A DNA stretch of 45,604 bases. It comes from a virus (Duplodnaviria > Caudoviricetes). Below are positions 16,365 through 25,143 of the stretch, piece after piece. The notes beneath the pieces were generated by a model. That model saw nothing but the letters and a program-made list of their open reading frames with translations. It was not told where the DNA came from and searched no databases. Within the stretch, counting starts at the first letter, position 1. Every line of letters begins with the position of its first letter. The stretch is from positions 1-45,604 of IMG/VR virus record IMGVR_UViG_3300037755_000274. The stretch is one strand, 5' to 3'. Position numbers and translations under genes: made by a program.

Positions 16365-16850
16365 CTACAAGTGGCGACCTGGAAAATGCAAAAAGAAACA
16401 GCGGAAGCGCCGACCACGCACGAAAAAACCCGCCGTGACAATCATCGGCGGGTCTCGTTTGAAAGTCACCACGGCGACCTGAGTCAACGTCCCAGGCGCG
16501 AAGCAAAAGTCGGTGCGGTTGCCTCCCGTTTCGAGATAGAACCACACGGCATGTCCGTTCGGATTGGGGTTTGTCAGCACCATGTAGGCCGGCAACGTGT
16601 GGTCGCCTTCTTTCAGGTGCAGCGTGACCGATCCGTCGCCGTTGAGGGTGTAGCCGCCATCGTAGCGATGCCCGTCGCTTTCGTCGCAGCACCATTGCCC
16701 TTGTGCGTTGCGCTGCGATTTGTACCAAGCTTGAATCTTCGGATCGGACTTGGCGTATTCAGGCTTCCACTTGGCCGCCGCACCACCCGCCGCGATCCAG
16801 GCCGCAAACGCAAGCCCGAGGATCGCGCCGACACAAAGAGGCGTGCGCAT
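16365..16850 (-). CDS. Secreted Cys-containing phage protein
   Basis: Signal-peptide-like N-terminus; WYKS...CCDESDG...CFAPG; the C-terminal extent is doubtful. Confidence 0.65.
   Translation of the reverse strand: MRTPLCVGAILGLAFAAWIAAGGAAAKWKPEYAKSDPKIQAWYKSQRNAQGQWCCDESDGHRYDGGYTLNGDGSVTLHLKEGDHTLPAYMVLTNPNPNGHAVWFYLETGGNRTDFCFAPGTLTQVAVVTFKRDPPMIVTAGFFVRGRRFRCFFLHFPGRHL
16423..16460 (-). terminator. Rho-independent terminator where the late and early arms converge
   Basis: ACCCGCCG/CGGCGGGT stem with an A6 tract on +, i.e. a U-tract on -. Confidence 0.6.
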
Positions 16851-17185
16851 TATGAGGAAATCGCCCGCATCCGCCGCCCGACAATCGCCGTAGGGATCAG
16901 GGCAATAAGGATTCCGGTATTGACCGCAGCCGCGCTCACCAGTGCCCATGGCGCGCAGATCGCGAGATCGGGAACGCGCAGGCCCGAGCAGAACAGCGCA
17001 ATGGAGAGAGCACCCAGCCCGGCGCGCTGCATCTGTTGCAGCGCCGTGTTGCCCCAAGTCGACGTCCAGCGATGTCCGACGAACTGCATCGCCATCACAG
17101 CCCCGAGCGCGGCCATGGTGGAGACCGTGAGGTGATAGAGCTGAAGCGGCGGCAGCAACGCGATGACGAGATCAGTCATCGGCAT
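16850..17185 (-). CDS. Membrane protein (lysis module)
   Basis: GGAGG RBS; three hydrophobic segments. Confidence 0.65.
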   Translation of the reverse strand: MPMTDLVIALLPPLQLYHLTVSTMAALGAVMAMQFVGHRWTSTWGNTALQQMQRAGLGALSIALFCSGLRVPDLAICAPWALVSAAAVNTGILIALIPTAIVGRRMRAISS

Positions 17186-17489
17186 GATGGTCCTCCTTGC
17201 CGATGAACGGAAGGGTGCCCTTGCTGATGAAACGCGAAGCGCGCCCCGCAAGTTCCCATCCGAGCATGCCGATCATGCATGCCGCGACACCACGCACCCC
17301 ATCGCCTTCCGGCAAGAGTCCGCTGAGATAGGTCGTGCCGACATAGGCAAACACGAGCCCGGTGAAGACGATGCCGACCGCTTCCCATCGTCCGACCTGC
17401 CTCCGCACGAACAGCGCAATGACAGCGCCCGAAAAGGCGGCGATCAGGTCAAACCCGCGTTCCGGGTCGAACAGGCCGCCGAAATTCAT
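17172..17489 (-). CDS. Holin-like membrane protein
   Basis: Three hydrophobic segments; located in the lysis cluster. Confidence 0.6.
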   Translation of the reverse strand: MNFGGLFDPERGFDLIAAFSGAVIALFVRRQVGRWEAVGIVFTGLVFAYVGTTYLSGLLPEGDGVRGVAACMIGMLGWELAGRASRFISKGTLPFIGKEDHHADD

Positions 17490-17657
17490 GGCCGTGCCCT
17501 TTCCGGTACTCCGGTGTGTTGTCGCCTCAAAGCCGCAACTGTGCTGAAATATAGTGCCGCCATCGTGACCCCCCTTTGATCATGGTGGTGTGGGCTTACG
17601 GCTTGCCGTGGCCCTGCCTCGGCCGGATGTTATCGGCATCCGGTCGGGGTGCTTGCT

Positions 17658-18047
17658 TCAACTCTTCACAATTCTCGCGATCTTTTCCAACGACCTTCCG
17701 CCGAACCATACTGACATTACCCATCCGGCCCAGACCTGCACGTCGCCGCCTAGAGCATCGGTCGTGCCCCATCCTAGAACCTTGTCGTACACCACAACCT
17801 TTGCCACGAAGATTGCGAATGAATAGGTGACGATAGCGCGCGGCAACGCGGTCCACCAACGTCCGCCCTCTTGCAACGAGAGTTGCGTCGCCAATTCTCG
17901 TTCACGCCGCCGTAACTCGATATCCTTTTCCGCCAGATCGGCGGCAATGCGCTCGCTGGTATTGCCGGCTGATAGCTTTGCTTTGTATCCACCGATGATA
18001 CCGTTAACGACCGGGCCACCGATAAGACTGGCGAGAATGGACCACAT
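17658..18047 (-). CDS. 3TM holin-like protein
   Basis: WWTALPRAIV...SVWFGGRSLEK resembles the GTA-type 3TM holin family. Confidence 0.65.
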   Translation of the reverse strand: MWSILASLIGGPVVNGIIGGYKAKLSAGNTSERIAADLAEKDIELRRRERELATQLSLQEGGRWWTALPRAIVTYSFAIFVAKVVVYDKVLGWGTTDALGGDVQVWAGWVMSVWFGGRSLEKIARIVKS

Positions 18048-18049
18048 GG

Positions 18050-18274
18050 CTACAAATCCGTAGCCCGTCGCCGCCTAAGGTATTCCGTCAAGACGCCCTG
18101 ACCGAACACGACGCCGGCAAAAATCAACTGCTGCGTTGTCGGCACGCCAGCCGACAACAGCGGGGAGAGGTCCGTCGAAACCAGGACGGCGATGACCGCA
18201 CCAACGAGCATTTGAAATCGCGCCCAGAAGATCGTTTCCGAGTCCTTGAACCAGTCCTTGATATCGTTCCACAT
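18050..18274 (-). CDS. Small 2-TM lysis protein
   Basis: KDSETIFWAR...TEYLRR; directly follows the endolysin. Confidence 0.6.
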   Translation of the reverse strand: MWNDIKDWFKDSETIFWARFQMLVGAVIAVLVSTDLSPLLSAGVPTTQQLIFAGVVFGQGVLTEYLRRRRATDL

Positions 18275-18277
18275 AGC

Positions 18278-19015
18278 TCAATCCCTCTTGCTGATCTTGT
18301 GAAAGGCGACAAAGGCCACGACCGCGACGGCCACGACAATCAACGCGATGCCCCACCATGGCAGCCCGGCTTTATAGGCAGCGCCGGCGGCAATGAGAGC
18401 CGCTATACCGGACGCGCCTCCGTTGGTGGTTGCCGGTATGGCATCCTTTGGAGCCTTGCCTGTGCTTACGTTCTTGCTCGCTTCCGGGATGGCCTGCGGC
18501 TTTTCCGCCATCGCCAGCGAGATCGACCGGCATTCGGAAACCCGCCGGCCCCAGCCTTTGCCGAACACCGGCCAGGTCTTGAGCCGCTTGAGGAAAGCGA
18601 TACGCTCATCGCAAATGCCGTTGATGATATCCGATGGTTTTTTGGCTTCGACCGCGCGCATGGTCTGAGGCCCTAGCACGCCATCGGCGGTCACGCCGAC
18701 GACCCGTTGCAGCACCTTCTTTGAGCGGCCGATGCCGGAATTCACGCCGTAGTCGAACACGGCGTAATCGACGCCGGCAGGTAATTCATCGCAGCGCTGC
18801 GCGTCCCAATATTTGGCGCGGTAGATGGATTTGGCCTCACTGACTTTCATGGCCTTGACATCGGCAGCCGTCGCATTCGGATTTACGAACTGCCGGTAGA
18901 CATGGATGGTGATGCCGAAATTGGTCGGCCCGCCGGGATCGGAGGGGTGATTGGAATAGCCACCCTCATGCGAAAGCAACCGCGTGAGGGCGGATTCATA
19001 GGTCCACGTTGCCAT
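18278..19015 (-). CDS. Endolysin, glycoside hydrolase family 108, with peptidoglycan-binding domain and C-terminal TM segment
   Basis: HEGGYSNHPSDPGGPTNFGIT; FDYGVNSG; DGVLGPQT; FGKGWGRRV. Confidence 0.92.
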   Translation of the reverse strand: MATWTYESALTRLLSHEGGYSNHPSDPGGPTNFGITIHVYRQFVNPNATAADVKAMKVSEAKSIYRAKYWDAQRCDELPAGVDYAVFDYGVNSGIGRSKKVLQRVVGVTADGVLGPQTMRAVEAKKPSDIINGICDERIAFLKRLKTWPVFGKGWGRRVSECRSISLAMAEKPQAIPEASKNVSTGKAPKDAIPATTNGGASGIAALIAAGAAYKAGLPWWGIALIVVAVAVVAFVAFHKISKRD

Positions 19016-19135
19016 GATGGCTCCAAGATTGGGTCTGATTTAGGAACTTAGTCAGTAGCGGGAACGCTCAACTTGCGATATATTGCGGCGGTGCCGCGCT
19101 CGGGCGCGTTGTTCAACCAGCCACAGGATTTACAA

Positions 19136-19474
19136 ATGTACCGTGTTGTCTTTTCCGCCTTGCTATTGGCCGCGTTCGCCGGCAACGCCTCCGCTCAATC
19201 AAAGCCGACAATTCTTGAAGCGAGTCACGGCCTCAATTGCCGGTCGCATCCAGGCAACAAGGTGAAGGTCGGCAACGCGACGGAAGCACTGCGCGCTATT
19301 TGCGCCAAGCAGGGCGCGACCTGTAGCTACAGGATCGACTCCAAGGAGATCGGCGATCCCGCGCCGGGGTGCGCGAAGGAATTCTTCGTGCGCTGGCAGT
19401 GCGGCGACAAGCAAGACAGTAACACGCTCGGATATCCGGCCGAAGGCAGCACCGCAGTCATCGCGTGCCAATGA
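19136..19474 (+). CDS. Secreted SUEL/rhamnose-binding-lectin-like protein (moron)
   Basis: Signal peptide ending ASA; ILEASHGLNC...C...CSY...GDPAPGCAKEF...C. Confidence 0.65.
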   Translation: MYRVVFSALLLAAFAGNASAQSKPTILEASHGLNCRSHPGNKVKVGNATEALRAICAKQGATCSYRIDSKEIGDPAPGCAKEFFVRWQCGDKQDSNTLGYPAEGSTAVIACQ

Positions 19475-19755
19475 CTATTCGAACCGCCATGGCCACACAG
19501 GATCAACCCACGATGGCGGCCATATCTCAAGTTTGCGAAGACCTGGAAGAGGCCCTGCACACCGCAGAGGTGCATAGCCGTCCCCGCCCGTGGCCGTTCA
19601 ACCGTATTCCCTATTGCCGATTATGCGGCGCGCTCGCACGGGAAAACAGCGGCGGCGCACCGCGAGAGAAAGACGATGGCATTCTTCACGATGAGAGTTG
19701 TGTGCTTGTGGTGCTTCCAGCAGTGATCGGTGATTTGAAGAAAGTCATCGGATAG
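19471..19755 (+). CDS. Hypothetical protein (CxxC...H...C)
   Basis: ATGA-coupled to the lectin-like gene. Confidence 0.55.
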   Translation: MTIRTAMATQDQPTMAAISQVCEDLEEALHTAEVHSRPRPWPFNRIPYCRLCGALARENSGGAPREKDDGILHDESCVLVVLPAVIGDLKKVIG

Positions 19756-19896
19756 GCCCGGACGGCTATTGAGCCGATCAGCGCAGCCGAGCCGCGATCT
19801 TGTCAAGGGTCGCGGGATCGTAGGTCGGCTCTGCGCCCCGGATCACGGGCTCACCGCCGAGCGCCCACACGATAATTCGTCGTAGCAGCTTGCGCA

Positions 19897-20259
19897 TCAC
19901 ATCAAATCCTTTAGTGCCTGTTTGAACTGGGACGCATTGATAGGCTGTTTGCCTTCAACGGCCCGTAGGCGGTTTTCGTGGTTGAAGCAGATTTTGGCGA
20001 CCGTCTCCACGGTCAGTTTGGTGGCCTGCGCATCCTGATAGCCATCAAGAACGGCTAACGCAGCCGGACGAAGCGAGTATTCGGCCAGAACCTCGCCCAA
20101 TTCTGCGGCGCTGCCAATTTTCGTCGCCACCCCGCCTTGCGCAATCCATGCGAGATATGCCGCGTTGTCGGTCGGCACAAAGTCTTCGGCGGCACTTGAG
20201 TATACCTGCGCGGTGTCGCCGCCGACGACCCAATACCAGTCTTGGGGATTGTACTGCAT
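19897..20259 (-). CDS. Tail-fibre-associated protein (chaperone-like)
   Basis: Follows the fibre gene; DWYW...VYSS...AYLAW. Confidence 0.6.
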   Translation of the reverse strand: MQYNPQDWYWVVGGDTAQVYSSAAEDFVPTDNAAYLAWIAQGGVATKIGSAAELGEVLAEYSLRPAALAVLDGYQDAQATKLTVETVAKICFNHENRLRAVEGKQPINASQFKQALKDLM

Positions 20260-20277
20260 GATAGCGTCTCCTTGGCG

Positions 20278-21138
20278 TTAAACGTATAAGCCGCCGGTCG
20301 CCGTCGAACCGGCGCTGTTACCAGGAAGGTAGCTTGCGCCGCCGCCAGCGGTAAATATCTCGCTGTTGAGATGCGAGCGGTACCGTACACCCGTGGCCGA
20401 TCCGTTGAATGTGTTCAAAAAAATGTCGATCAATGATAGATGCGAGGCGTTGGCGAAGTGCTGGCTGAAGGCGGGTGTGCCCGTAAGTGTGATCGTCAGA
20501 AACGTACCAGACCAGTAGCTCTTGCGGCCGCAGATGACGTGCCAGGGACCGCCGCCGTCTATCGTGTAGTTGGCGGTGATCTTGATCGAGCTGTTTCCCT
20601 GGACGTTCATGTGCCCGCTCGTGCAGGCACCGAAGATCACAGCGCCGGTTACAAGGCACAGGGCATAGTTCTCAACGTCGATGGCCCAATTGCTCGACGT
20701 AAAGTCAACGCCTTCGATGCTGACCTGCCCGAAGTTTTCAACGCGAAGCTTGCTCGACAGCACATATGAGCTTGGCGAGCCGGTGTTGCCGATGATCTTG
20801 ACCGACGAACCGGGACCGCCAACGAACGGTGCCGAGACCGTCGCCCCGGCATAGGTGCCGGCATTGCCGAGCTGTATCGTTGCATCATGGATCGACAGAT
20901 CGAGCGTCGCGACGACGTTGATTGCCTTCTGAAGGGTTGCGAAGGCTCCTGCGGACGAGTTGGTCAGGCCGTCGTTGCTGTCGCTGCCGTCAGTGCGGAC
21001 GTAATAGGTGCGGTTCGCGGTCAGCAAATCGCGTGCGGTGCCACCCTCTCTCAGATACTCGTATAAGTTCCTTATCGCGCGCGCTAGCTTTGTTGGGTCT
21101 CTTTCGTTCGCGGCTGGCACATAACCCGACACTGCCAT
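20278..21138 (-). CDS. Tail fibre/tailspike (beta-helix-like receptor-binding protein)
   Basis: RTYYVRTDGSDSNDGL...AFATLQKAI followed by beta-rich repeats. Confidence 0.75.
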   Translation of the reverse strand: MAVSGYVPAANERDPTKLARAIRNLYEYLREGGTARDLLTANRTYYVRTDGSDSNDGLTNSSAGAFATLQKAINVVATLDLSIHDATIQLGNAGTYAGATVSAPFVGGPGSSVKIIGNTGSPSSYVLSSKLRVENFGQVSIEGVDFTSSNWAIDVENYALCLVTGAVIFGACTSGHMNVQGNSSIKITANYTIDGGGPWHVICGRKSYWSGTFLTITLTGTPAFSQHFANASHLSLIDIFLNTFNGSATGVRYRSHLNSEIFTAGGGASYLPGNSAGSTATGGLYV

Positions 21139-21528
21139 TTAATCAGATTCCACATTCTCAATGTGCAGGGCTGGCGGCAATATCTCCACAGCATTGTTAT
21201 TGACAAGGCCGAACAGACGTTGCCGGCGGTAGCGCGCCAGCGCCGCGCGCTCGCGCTGGTTTTCGGTCTGCGGCTCGCAAACCTCGTTGCGGAAGCTTTC
21301 CTGCGCTGCGCCCGCCTCGCGGGTTAGATTGGCAACGTCGATCAGCAGGTCATGTTGCCAATCGTCGATGCACTTGTAGGTCCGGCCCGGTATGGGGCTT
21401 AGCGTGCGCGGGTCCATGCCGCTCATGCCGACCCACCGTTCGCACTCTCCATTCACCACAAGGTCGCGGCACTTGCGCGTGAACCCCGTGCGATGGCACC
21501 CGCGTTTTTCGTTCGGGAGCCCCTCCAT
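21139..21528 (-). CDS. Cys-containing hypothetical protein in the tail module
   Basis: C...C...CERW...C.D...AAQESFRNE. Confidence 0.65.
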   Translation of the reverse strand: MEGLPNEKRGCHRTGFTRKCRDLVVNGECERWVGMSGMDPRTLSPIPGRTYKCIDDWQHDLLIDVANLTREAGAAQESFRNEVCEPQTENQRERAALARYRRQRLFGLVNNNAVEILPPALHIENVESD

Positions 21529-21531
21529 GGG

Positions 21532-22266
21532 TCAGTCTTTCACGGCTATGATTGAACTTTGATATTTTGGACGCCATGAGCCATCCGACGTAACAGGGTG
21601 CGTATGGCCGTCAAGGTTAAGATCGAACGAAGCCCCCGTCCCCGCCTGTCTGCTGGTGCCTTGGTTGCCAGCAGTGGCAGCCAAGCCTGAGATAGTCCAA
21701 CTGCCGCCGTTACCGACTGTGCCGGTTGTAATCATCATGGCAACGTCGTTGTAAGCAGAGTTTGTTTCTTTCGTCCAAGTTGTCGGGGCCGCCGTTTGGT
21801 TGAAAATCATGCGCGTGCCGGACGGAGCGTCAAGAGCCCCTGCCATCCGTCCGATGAGTCTCCAAGCGCTATTAGCGTTGTCATAGACAAGATCATGGAT
21901 TGAATCATCTATAATGGCCCCGGACGGAACCGCTGTTCCGTTGAGCCATTCGATGGCTTTGGCTCCAAGACTATCGACATTGAGCGTTGGCGATGCCCCG
22001 TTTGTGTTGTTGAACCTCACGCGAATGGCTTGGCCGTCCATCGCGGAAAGCGAACTGAAACTCTGATTGGTCGTGACCGCGTAGGCCGTTGACGTGCCAG
22101 TCGTTACAAGGTCACCGGAATTATCGTCTCGCCATTTGGCGACGGCAGCCATCATCGCTCGTGCGGAATCGTTCACCGACGACGGCGACTGCCCTTCGGC
22201 CCAATTGATTGTAGAGTCACTGTTGCTGTTGCTGGACGCGGTCTGCGACCACTTATAAACGGTCAT
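21532..22266 (-). CDS. Tail fibre/needle-like virion protein
   Basis: WAEGQSPSSVNDSARAMMA N-terminus; PSGTRMIFNQTAAPTTW collar-like motif. Confidence 0.7.
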   Translation of the reverse strand: MTVYKWSQTASSNSNSDSTINWAEGQSPSSVNDSARAMMAAVAKWRDDNSGDLVTTGTSTAYAVTTNQSFSSLSAMDGQAIRVRFNNTNGASPTLNVDSLGAKAIEWLNGTAVPSGAIIDDSIHDLVYDNANSAWRLIGRMAGALDAPSGTRMIFNQTAAPTTWTKETNSAYNDVAMMITTGTVGNGGSWTISGLAATAGNQGTSRQAGTGASFDLNLDGHTHPVTSDGSWRPKYQSSIIAVKD

Positions 22267-22273
22267 GCCGTCC

Positions 22274-22978
22274 TCACGAAAAAGCCCCTCCGAATGGGAG
22301 GGGCTGTTGGATCATCGCCCGAAGGCGGGAGAGGTCTATGGGTGGCCGAGCCATCGGCATAGGCATAGGCGGCGGTCTAGCTGGCTCCATTTGCTCTTGC
22401 TCTTGTTGCGGAGACAGAAGCCCGCCCATTAGCTGCCCGCTTCCGAGCAGACCAGCCATCGGGTCCATTGGACTGCCAGACCGGCCAGAAAGAAGCCCAG
22501 CCATCGCAGGCTCGCGACTCACTGGACTAGCGCCGCCCATTTGAGCGCCGGTCTTCGCAATCAGGTCGGCAACCGTCATATTCTTAAGGAACGGATTAGC
22601 CTTTAGCGCAGCCTCGCCAAGCACTGACCCGGCCATGGCCGTAGGATCGGCTTGCAGCAGCGACAAGGCCCCCTGCGGCCCGGCAAAGTGTGCTAGGTAC
22701 TTGTTCCCCTCTGTGACAGGAAACCCGGCACCGGAAAGAACCTTTGCGTTTTCAGCGCCATAGGCGTCTATCATCGCCTGTGACAGACCAGGATCAGACC
22801 GCAACGCAAGGATTTCGCTGTCGGCCTTGCCTGTGGTAAGGTCCGGCCTGTGTCGTTTGATTATGTCAAGCCAAGTCGAGTCGAGGAATTGCCCGAGCCC
22901 AAACGCCGACGAACGCGGGTTTTTGGCGTAAGGATTACCACCAGATTCGATGCGGCTGACCCGATCAGAATAAGCCAT
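22274..22978 (-). CDS. Virion-associated lytic transglycosylase-like protein
   Basis: IESGGNPYAKNPRSSAFGLGQF...TW; YLAHFAG. Confidence 0.8.
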   Translation of the reverse strand: MAYSDRVSRIESGGNPYAKNPRSSAFGLGQFLDSTWLDIIKRHRPDLTTGKADSEILALRSDPGLSQAMIDAYGAENAKVLSGAGFPVTEGNKYLAHFAGPQGALSLLQADPTAMAGSVLGEAALKANPFLKNMTVADLIAKTGAQMGGASPVSREPAMAGLLSGRSGSPMDPMAGLLGSGQLMGGLLSPQQEQEQMEPARPPPMPMPMARPPIDLSRLRAMIQQPLPFGGAFS

Positions 22979-23003
22979 GAGGGGGATAACCTAGGGAACA
23001 CCT

Positions 23004-23198
23004 TTGATGGTGATCGTTGCTAATCTGGCCGTCATAGCCATTCTTTCCGTCCTCGCTTACACCCTTCTGGCAATCGGACCGCTGTTCAGCCTTGGAGCCC
23101 TTATTGGGTTCTTCTGGTGCTACTTCTCTTACGGATGCTGGCGCACAGACCGTGAATGGGAAAGAACGGCGCATTTTACCGACCCACCGCAAAGTTGA
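23004..23198 (+). CDS. Small 2-TM membrane protein (moron; possible superinfection exclusion)
   Basis: On the opposite strand inside the late operon; strongly hydrophobic. Confidence 0.55.
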   Translation: MMVIVANLAVIAILSVLAYTLLAIGPLFSLGALIGFFWCYFSYGCWRTDREWERTAHFTDPPQS

Positions 23199-25143
23199 CG
23201 CCGCCCATAGTTGTTGCCGCATTCGTAAGTTCACTTGGCACTCGTTGCGTAGCAGTAACTTGCCTGAGAATATCAGGAAGTCGCTCCATGCTTTGTGGAT
23301 TGATGAGCGTATCTGCAAGCACCCTGTCAGAACGAGATCGCAGCGTATCTCTCAGCCACCTTGGACCAGCGCCGACAGCGCGACGCAAGAGGCTAACACT
23401 AGAGCCGCCTGACATGGCATCCATAACAAGGTCGCCAACAATGTTCTTTGCGTCTTCTTGTTCGGCCAGCCGGCGCGCCGTTGCGCTGTTGCCAAGCGAG
23501 CGGCCAGCAAGTTGAGATGACGAAACTTCAAAATCGAGTCGCTGCATCCAGCGCTGCGCAGCATCAGGCGTTGGCATTATGGCGGCAATCTTCGCCCGCA
23601 TTTCAGGCGACCGAAGATATTTGGTCATATCTGCCATCTGAGCAGGATCATTCCCCATCTTTGAAATGATGGACGATATAGCCCCCTCTCTAAATGCTGA
23701 CTGCTCCGCAGTGCTTAATTCGCGAAATGCAGCAGTCATCTCTTCGGCAGACATATTTCTGCTAAGAACGTTGCGGCCTTGTTCAATTGCATCGAGATAA
23801 GCCGTTGGTCCAGACCAAGCATCCCGCGCCGCCCGATATGCCGATTGCCCGGTAGCCGGGTCAGTCGTCAGATTATCAAGCTCATTGCGCAACTGACGGG
23901 AAAGCCCGCCTATGTAGGACGCTTCATTATTTTTACCGGCGCGGGCCGCCGAACTAGCCATGTCGTCCAATTCACGCTTGGCATAATCCCAAAGCTGCAA
24001 GTTCGGGAATGCAACACGGCGGTCGGGGCCTGCCGTCTTGGATAGCCCGGCAGGCGTCATCTGCATCTTCGCATTGAACCCGCCGGTGAACCCATCAGAA
24101 ATGGAGCGGCCGCGCGCCTTGACGATTGCCGACTGGACAGCCTTCGATACCTCGTCAGCCGATAGCAAGCGCTCTAGCTCCGGTGTGTTCAATGGCGCAT
24201 CGAACTGTTCATATGCGGCACGATAGAGAGGACGCGCGGCATTAGCCCGACTATCCATTGTTTCTCTCATGGCCTGCATTGCGGAGCGGCTAGTCCCCGT
24301 AAGTGACCTAAGATCGCTGGAAAGCCTGATAGCCTGCCCTTGCTGCCGTCCCGTCAAAGCCGGGACAACAGTTGTCCGGCCCGCCCCTGGCGTCTGTGCC
24401 ACGCGCTCGACAAGACCGCGCACATTCTCGCCGCCGGCATCGGCCAAGGTTGCAACGCCGGGCCTGACTTGCCGCAATTGCTGAGCACGCGATAGCAGGG
24501 CCGCTGGCGTTGTATCGTCTCTGGTAATGGCCCTCGAAAGATCGGCCGCCGCCTGAGCGCGAGGTTTGAAGGCATTGCGGACACCGCCGGCTACCCTCGA
24601 CACGCCCCTCACAATAGAGGGCGTGGCAGCACCCAACACGCCACCCGTAACGGCACCTGTAGCAGCGCCACCAAGCCTCTGACCAGATTCAGCATCACCG
24701 GCACCAGCGACGGCACCGCCTGTCGCGCCAAGGCCACCAAATCGAATGGCTGACGGCAACCGAGATAAAGCGCCGGCTGCCCTGGTACCGGCAACTAGCG
24801 GAGCCGCCGCGATTGTTCCGGCTACCGCGCCACCGATCTGCCCCGGAATACTGATGGATGACGGAATTTGTTCATCCCGTGCCCGTTCACGCTTCAAATT
24901 CTGTTCATAGGTTCCGCCGCGCCCGGTCAGTTCGTCGGCCTTGGCGGCAAACTCATCGGCCCACCCTAGAGTAACACCGCTGGCGAGAGAGCGCACCACG
25001 TCATCGACATAACCAAGAGCACCTTTTGACGATTGCTGCCCGCGCATTCGTTTGATTTCGCCGGCAAGCGTGCGAGCGGCCTGAACGTCTCCGGCAGCAT
25101 CAGCGTTAACAAGTGCGGTGGAAAGCTGTTCAAGCGTTGCCAT
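23176..25143 (-). CDS. DNA ejection / internal virion protein (large)
   Basis: Ala/Gly-rich; TLGWADE motif; position in the tail module. Confidence 0.75.
   Translation of the reverse strand: MATLEQLSTALVNADAAGDVQAARTLAGEIKRMRGQQSSKGALGYVDDVVRSLASGVTLGWADEFAAKADELTGRGGTYEQNLKRERARDEQIPSSISIPGQIGGAVAGTIAAAPLVAGTRAAGALSRLPSAIRFGGLGATGGAVAGAGDAESGQRLGGAATGAVTGGVLGAATPSIVRGVSRVAGGVRNAFKPRAQAAADLSRAITRDDTTPAALLSRAQQLRQVRPGVATLADAGGENVRGLVERVAQTPGAGRTTVVPALTGRQQGQAIRLSSDLRSLTGTSRSAMQAMRETMDSRANAARPLYRAAYEQFDAPLNTPELERLLSADEVSKAVQSAIVKARGRSISDGFTGGFNAKMQMTPAGLSKTAGPDRRVAFPNLQLWDYAKRELDDMASSAARAGKNNEASYIGGLSRQLRNELDNLTTDPATGQSAYRAARDAWSGPTAYLDAIEQGRNVLSRNMSAEEMTAAFRELSTAEQSAFREGAISSIISKMGNDPAQMADMTKYLRSPEMRAKIAAIMPTPDAAQRWMQRLDFEVSSSQLAGRSLGNSATARRLAEQEDAKNIVGDLVMDAMSGGSSVSLLRRAVGAGPRWLRDTLRSRSDRVLADTLINPQSMERLPDILRQVTATQRVPSELTNAATTMGGVNFAVGR

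Noticed and set aside
19897-22266. Diversity-generating retroelement acting on the tail fibre
   Set aside because: No reverse transcriptase and no template/variable repeat pair were seen.
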